Shown: positions 60,682 through 64,000 of the stretch, piece after piece | Position numbering within the stretch: position 1 is the first letter of the stretch | Layout: every line of letters begins with the position of its first letter | Assembly: GCA_963792415.1 (NCBI GenBank) | Contig: CAWBVY010000005.1 | Coordinates: forward strand, 1 to 64,000 | Source of the DNA: Candidatus Deferrimicrobiaceae bacterium | GTDB taxonomy: Bacteria; Desulfobacterota; Deferrimicrobia; Deferrimicrobiales; Deferrimicrobiaceae | Direction of reading: 5' to 3' | Length of the DNA stretch: 64,000 nucleotides | Made by a program: the position numbers and the translations under genes | Notes under the pieces: model-generated | The model's input: only the letters and a program-made list of their open reading frames with translations | Databases searched by the model: none | What the model was told of the DNA's origin: nothing

Positions 60682-61358
60682 GGGGCGATCCTCCCGTCGT
60701 CGATCCGGATCACGCGGTGAAGACGGGACGCGACCTGGTCGTTGTGCGTCACCATGAGCAGGGACAGGCCCCTCGACCGGTTGAGCGACAGCAGAAGGTC
60801 GACCACGCCGGAGGCCGTCGCACGATCGAGGTTTCCGGTCGGCTCGTCGGCCAGCAGGACCGATGGCTCCATCACGAGGGCCCGGCAGATCGCCGTGCGT
60901 TGCTGCTCGCCGCCGGAGATCTCCCCGGTGCGGTGCGCGAGACGTTCCGAAAGCCCTACCTCCTCGAGAAGCGCGACGGCCCGCCGGCGCGCTTCCGCGG
61001 GATCCATCCGCGCGATCAGGCACGGAAGCGTCACGTTCTCGAGGACGCTGAATTCCGGCAGGAGATTGTGGGACTGGAAGACGAACCCTACGGACCGGTT
61101 CCGGAAGGCGGCCATCTCGTCCGCGGGGAGATGCGTCACGTCCCTTCCACCGTACAGGACGTTTCCGGAGGTCGCACGGTCGAGTGTCCCGAGGATCTGG
61201 AGCAGCGTCGTCTTGCCGGCGCCGGAGATGCCGACCACCCCCGCCGTCTCGCCCCGCGCGAGGGAGAGGGAAACCCCCTTGAGCACCTCGATGTCGTACC
61301 CGTCGCGGCGGAACACCTTCCAGACCTCCTGGGCCTGCAGGGCGGGCGCTTCACTCAT
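60678..61358 (-). CDS. lolD: Lipoprotein-releasing ABC ATPase
   Basis: GISGAGKTT, GFVFQSHNLLPEF, SGGEQQR, ADEPTGNLD. Confidence 0.93.
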   Translation of the reverse strand: MSEAPALQAQEVWKVFRRDGYDIEVLKGVSLSLARGETAGVVGISGAGKTTLLQILGTLDRATSGNVLYGGRDVTHLPADEMAAFRNRSVGFVFQSHNLLPEFSVLENVTLPCLIARMDPAEARRRAVALLEEVGLSERLAHRTGEISGGEQQRTAICRALVMEPSVLLADEPTGNLDRATASGVVDLLLSLNRSRGLSLLMVTHNDQVASRLHRVIRIDDGRIAP

Positions 61359-62586
61359 ACCGGATCGCCTCCGCGGGGTCCACGCGGGATGCCTGGAATG
61401 CGGGATAAAGGGTCGCGAGGAAGCAGATCAGGATGGAGCTCGCCACCACGAGGAGGACGGTCCCCGGTTCGAGAGCGACGGGAAGGGTCGAGATGTAGTA
61501 GACGTCGCTCGGCAGGTGGATGAAGCGGTACCGCTGGAGCAGGATGCACAGCAGCGCGCCGAGCGCGGTCCCCAGGGACGTTCCGGCGACCCCGATGATC
61601 AGCCCCTCGATGGCGAAGATCCTGCGGATCGAGCGTCGCGTCGCCCCCAGCGTCATCAGGACGGCGATGTCCTTCGTCTTCTCCATCACGACCATGATGA
61701 GGGTCGAGATGATGTTGAAGGCCGCGACCATCACGATGAGGACGAGAATGACGAACATCACCACCTTTTCCAGCTTCAGGGCGGAGAAGAGGTTCCGGTT
61801 GCTCTGCATCCAGTCCTTCGCCCAGAACGGATACCCGAGGGTCGACCGGATCCGCTGGGCGACCGCGCCGGCGGCGTAGATGTCCCTCACCTTGACCTCC
61901 ACCCCCGTGGCGCGTCCCTCCATCCCCAGCAGGCGTCCTGCCTCCTCGAAGTCGACGTAGGCGAAGGTGGCGTCGTACTCGTACATCCCCGACTCGGAGA
62001 CGCCGACGACGCGGAACCGGGCCGTCTTCGGAAACGCCCCGAGAGGGGTGATCGTTCCGCCGGGGACCAGGATTTCGATCACGTCCCCCGGACCGACGCC
62101 GAGGTTCCCGGCGAGCTCCTTCCCCAAAATGGAGCCGGGCAGCCCGTCCTTCGAGGACCGGTGGAGATCCTCGAGCCGGCCCCCCCGGAGGTCCCGCCGC
62201 AGGCGGGTGACGTCTCCGACCGTCGCCGTGTCGACGCCCCGCAGCACGCCGCCGACGGCCCCGCTCCCCGAGGCGATCATCATCGGGGTGAAGATGTACG
62301 GGGAGGCCGCGACCACGCCGTCGACCTTCCGAATCTTCTCCGTCACGGCAAACGGGTTCTCGATGCTTCCGTTCAGGCTGGTGACGTGGGCGTGCGCGGT
62401 GGCCCCGAGGATCCGCTCCTTCAGCTCCCGCTCGAACCCGCTCATCACCGCGAGGACGATGATCAGCGCCATCACTCCGACCGTAACCCCGCCGATCGAG
62501 ATGAAGGTGATGATCGAGATGAACGTCTGCTTCCGCTTCGCCAGAAGGTACTTCCGGGCGATGTAGAACTCGACGGGAAGGCGCAA
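61351..62586 (-). CDS. lolE: Lipoprotein-releasing ABC permease LolC/E
   Basis: FISIITFISIGG, VMSGF, VAAFNIISTL, DVYYISTLP, TLYPA..PAEAIRYE. Confidence 0.93.
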   Translation of the reverse strand: MRLPVEFYIARKYLLAKRKQTFISIITFISIGGVTVGVMALIIVLAVMSGFERELKERILGATAHAHVTSLNGSIENPFAVTEKIRKVDGVVAASPYIFTPMMIASGSGAVGGVLRGVDTATVGDVTRLRRDLRGGRLEDLHRSSKDGLPGSILGKELAGNLGVGPGDVIEILVPGGTITPLGAFPKTARFRVVGVSESGMYEYDATFAYVDFEEAGRLLGMEGRATGVEVKVRDIYAAGAVAQRIRSTLGYPFWAKDWMQSNRNLFSALKLEKVVMFVILVLIVMVAAFNIISTLIMVVMEKTKDIAVLMTLGATRRSIRRIFAIEGLIIGVAGTSLGTALGALLCILLQRYRFIHLPSDVYYISTLPVALEPGTVLLVVASSILICFLATLYPAFQASRVDPAEAIRYE

Positions 62587-62592
62587 CAGCCC

Positions 62593-64000
62593 CTACCCTT
62601 CTTTCCGAAGCTGGGGGAACAGGATCACGTCGCGGATCGACGGGGAATCCGTGAGGAGCATCACGAGACGGTCGATCCCGATCCCTTCCCCGGCCGCGGG
62701 CGGCATCCCGTGCTCGAGCGCCCGCAGGTAATCCTCGTCCATGAAATGGGCCTCCTCGTCCCCCCGTTCGCGCTTGCGGAGCTGCTCGTCGAACCGCTCA
62801 CGCTGGTCCACCGGGTCGTTCAGCTCCGAGAACGCGTTGGCGATCTCGCGGCCGCGGACGATCAGCTCGAACCGGTCGACGATCTCCGGTCGCGCGTCGT
62901 TGCGCCGCGAGAGCGGGGAGACGTCGATCGGGTATTCCGTCACGAAGGTCGGCCCGACGATCCTCTTCTCGGCCACCTCCTCGTAGATCGCGACCAGCAG
63001 ACTCCCGGGGGACGCCGTCTCCGCGTCCTTGACCCCGAGCTTCGCCGCCGTCTCCCGCAGGAACGCCTCGTCGGACAGGCGCTCTTCGGGAAAGCCGCCG
63101 TGGCGGGCCGCGGCCTGCGCCACCGTCAGGCGCTCCCAGGGCGGGGTGAAGTCGACCGTTTCCCCCTGGTAGGTGAACTTCGGCGTTCCGAACAGCTCCG
63201 TCGCCAGGGAGGAGAGCATCTCCTCCGTCAGCGCCATCATCTCGGTGTAGGTGGCGTACGCCTGGTAGAACTCGATCATCGTGAACTCGGGGTTGTGCTG
63301 GGTGTCGATCCCCTCGTTCCGGAAGTTCCGGTTGATCTCGAAGACGCGCTCGAACCCGCCGACCAGTAGGCGCTTCAGGTAGAGCTCCGGGGCGATCCGC
63401 AGATACAGGTCCATGTCGAGGGCGTTGTGGTGGGTCACGAACGGGCGCGCCGTCGCTCCCCCCGCCACCGTCTGCATCATCGGCGTCTCGACCTCGAGGA
63501 AGTCCCGCGTCGTCAGGAAGGCGCGAATGAAGGACACGATCCGCGCCCGCCGCCGGAAGATCTCCCGGACGTCCTCGTTGACGATCAGGTCCACGTATCG
63601 CTGCCGGTAGCGGGTCTCGATGTCGGAAAGCCCGTGCCACTTCTCCGGAAGGGGGCGGATCGCCTTCGCCAGGAGGCGGAACCTCGCCGCCTCGACGGTC
63701 AACTCGCCCGTGCGGGTGAGGAACAGGGGCCCGTCGACCCAGACGATGTCGCCAACGTCAACGGATTTCAGGAAGAGGTCGTACGCCTCCTCCCCGAGGT
63801 GATCCTTTTTCAGGTACGCCTGCAGCCGGCCCGACCGGTCGGACAGGACGAGAAACGCCGCCTTCCCGAAGCGCCGAAGACCCATCACCCGCCCGGCGAC
63901 GTCGACCCGGATCGGCCGCGCGGCCAATTCCTCCGGGGTCCGCCCCCCGGCGGCGTCGCGGGCGCCCGCGTTGGTCCACCCCGGGGCCTGGTCGTTCGGC
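62593..64000 (-). CDS. lysS: Lysine--tRNA ligase (class II), 5' end outside the window
   Basis: LPEKWHGL, RYRQRYVDL, EVETPM, YLRIAPELYLKRL, FRNEG, ELNDP, GIGIDRL. Confidence 0.97.
   Translation of the reverse strand, partial: PNDQAPGWTNAGARDAAGGRTPEELAARPIRVDVAGRVMGLRRFGKAAFLVLSDRSGRLQAYLKKDHLGEEAYDLFLKSVDVGDIVWVDGPLFLTRTGELTVEAARFRLLAKAIRPLPEKWHGLSDIETRYRQRYVDLIVNEDVREIFRRRARIVSFIRAFLTTRDFLEVETPMMQTVAGGATARPFVTHHNALDMDLYLRIAPELYLKRLLVGGFERVFEINRNFRNEGIDTQHNPEFTMIEFYQAYATYTEMMALTEEMLSSLATELFGTPKFTYQGETVDFTPPWERLTVAQAAARHGGFPEERLSDEAFLRETAAKLGVKDAETASPGSLLVAIYEEVAEKRIVGPTFVTEYPIDVSPLSRRNDARPEIVDRFELIVRGREIANAFSELNDPVDQRERFDEQLRKRERGDEEAHFMDEDYLRALEHGMPPAAGEGIGIDRLVMLLTDSPSIRDVILFPQLRKEG

Noticed and set aside
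60742-63369. 875-aa plus-strand ORF, and similar ones at 42425-44797, 55600-57858, 23393-25111 and 14385-16010
   Set aside because: Shadow frames opposite well-supported genes.

Overview
High-GC bacterial chromosome segment. Gene content and order look Desulfobacterota/'Deltaproteobacteria'-like (inference). Five blocks: (1) 1-17.3 kb, minus strand: a Wzx/Wzy-type exopolysaccharide locus resembling XrtA/PEP-CTERM-associated loci. It is headed by a sigma54 promoter, an NtrC-family regulator and a sensor-less receiver-kinase, and sits directly downstream of tRNA-Met. It is full of frameshifts that get denser toward the left edge, probably read errors. (2) 17.5-30 kb: a predicted sigma54-driven Liv-type ABC transporter operon with two acyl-CoA ligases, DUF169, an M24 peptidase, an isochorismatase-family hydrolase and an FG-GAP protein. 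(3) 30-39 kb: DUF4124, RluA, Usp, cyclophilin, a TolC-MacA-MacB-type efflux system, DUF3047-like and CinA-like genes. (4) purM-purN, ydcF-like, rpmB. (5) 42-64 kb: core superoperon lysS-lolC/E-lolD-bamA-skp-lpxD-fabZ-lpxA-lpxB-msbA-waaA-lpxK-lpxL-gmhB-DUF3108-trm112-rfaE1-yicC-gmk-rpoZ-relA/spoT-ridA. The most unexplained signal is a modular family of GC-rich fold-back intergenic repeats: two near-identical ~180 bp copies, two partial copies and one unrelated fold-back element. Each lies just after a stop codon, in the same orientation relative to the upstream gene. A 110-nt multibranch RNA candidate lies upstream of the transporter operon. No transposase, integrase, CRISPR array or rRNA was seen. 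All calls are by eye; no database searches were run.
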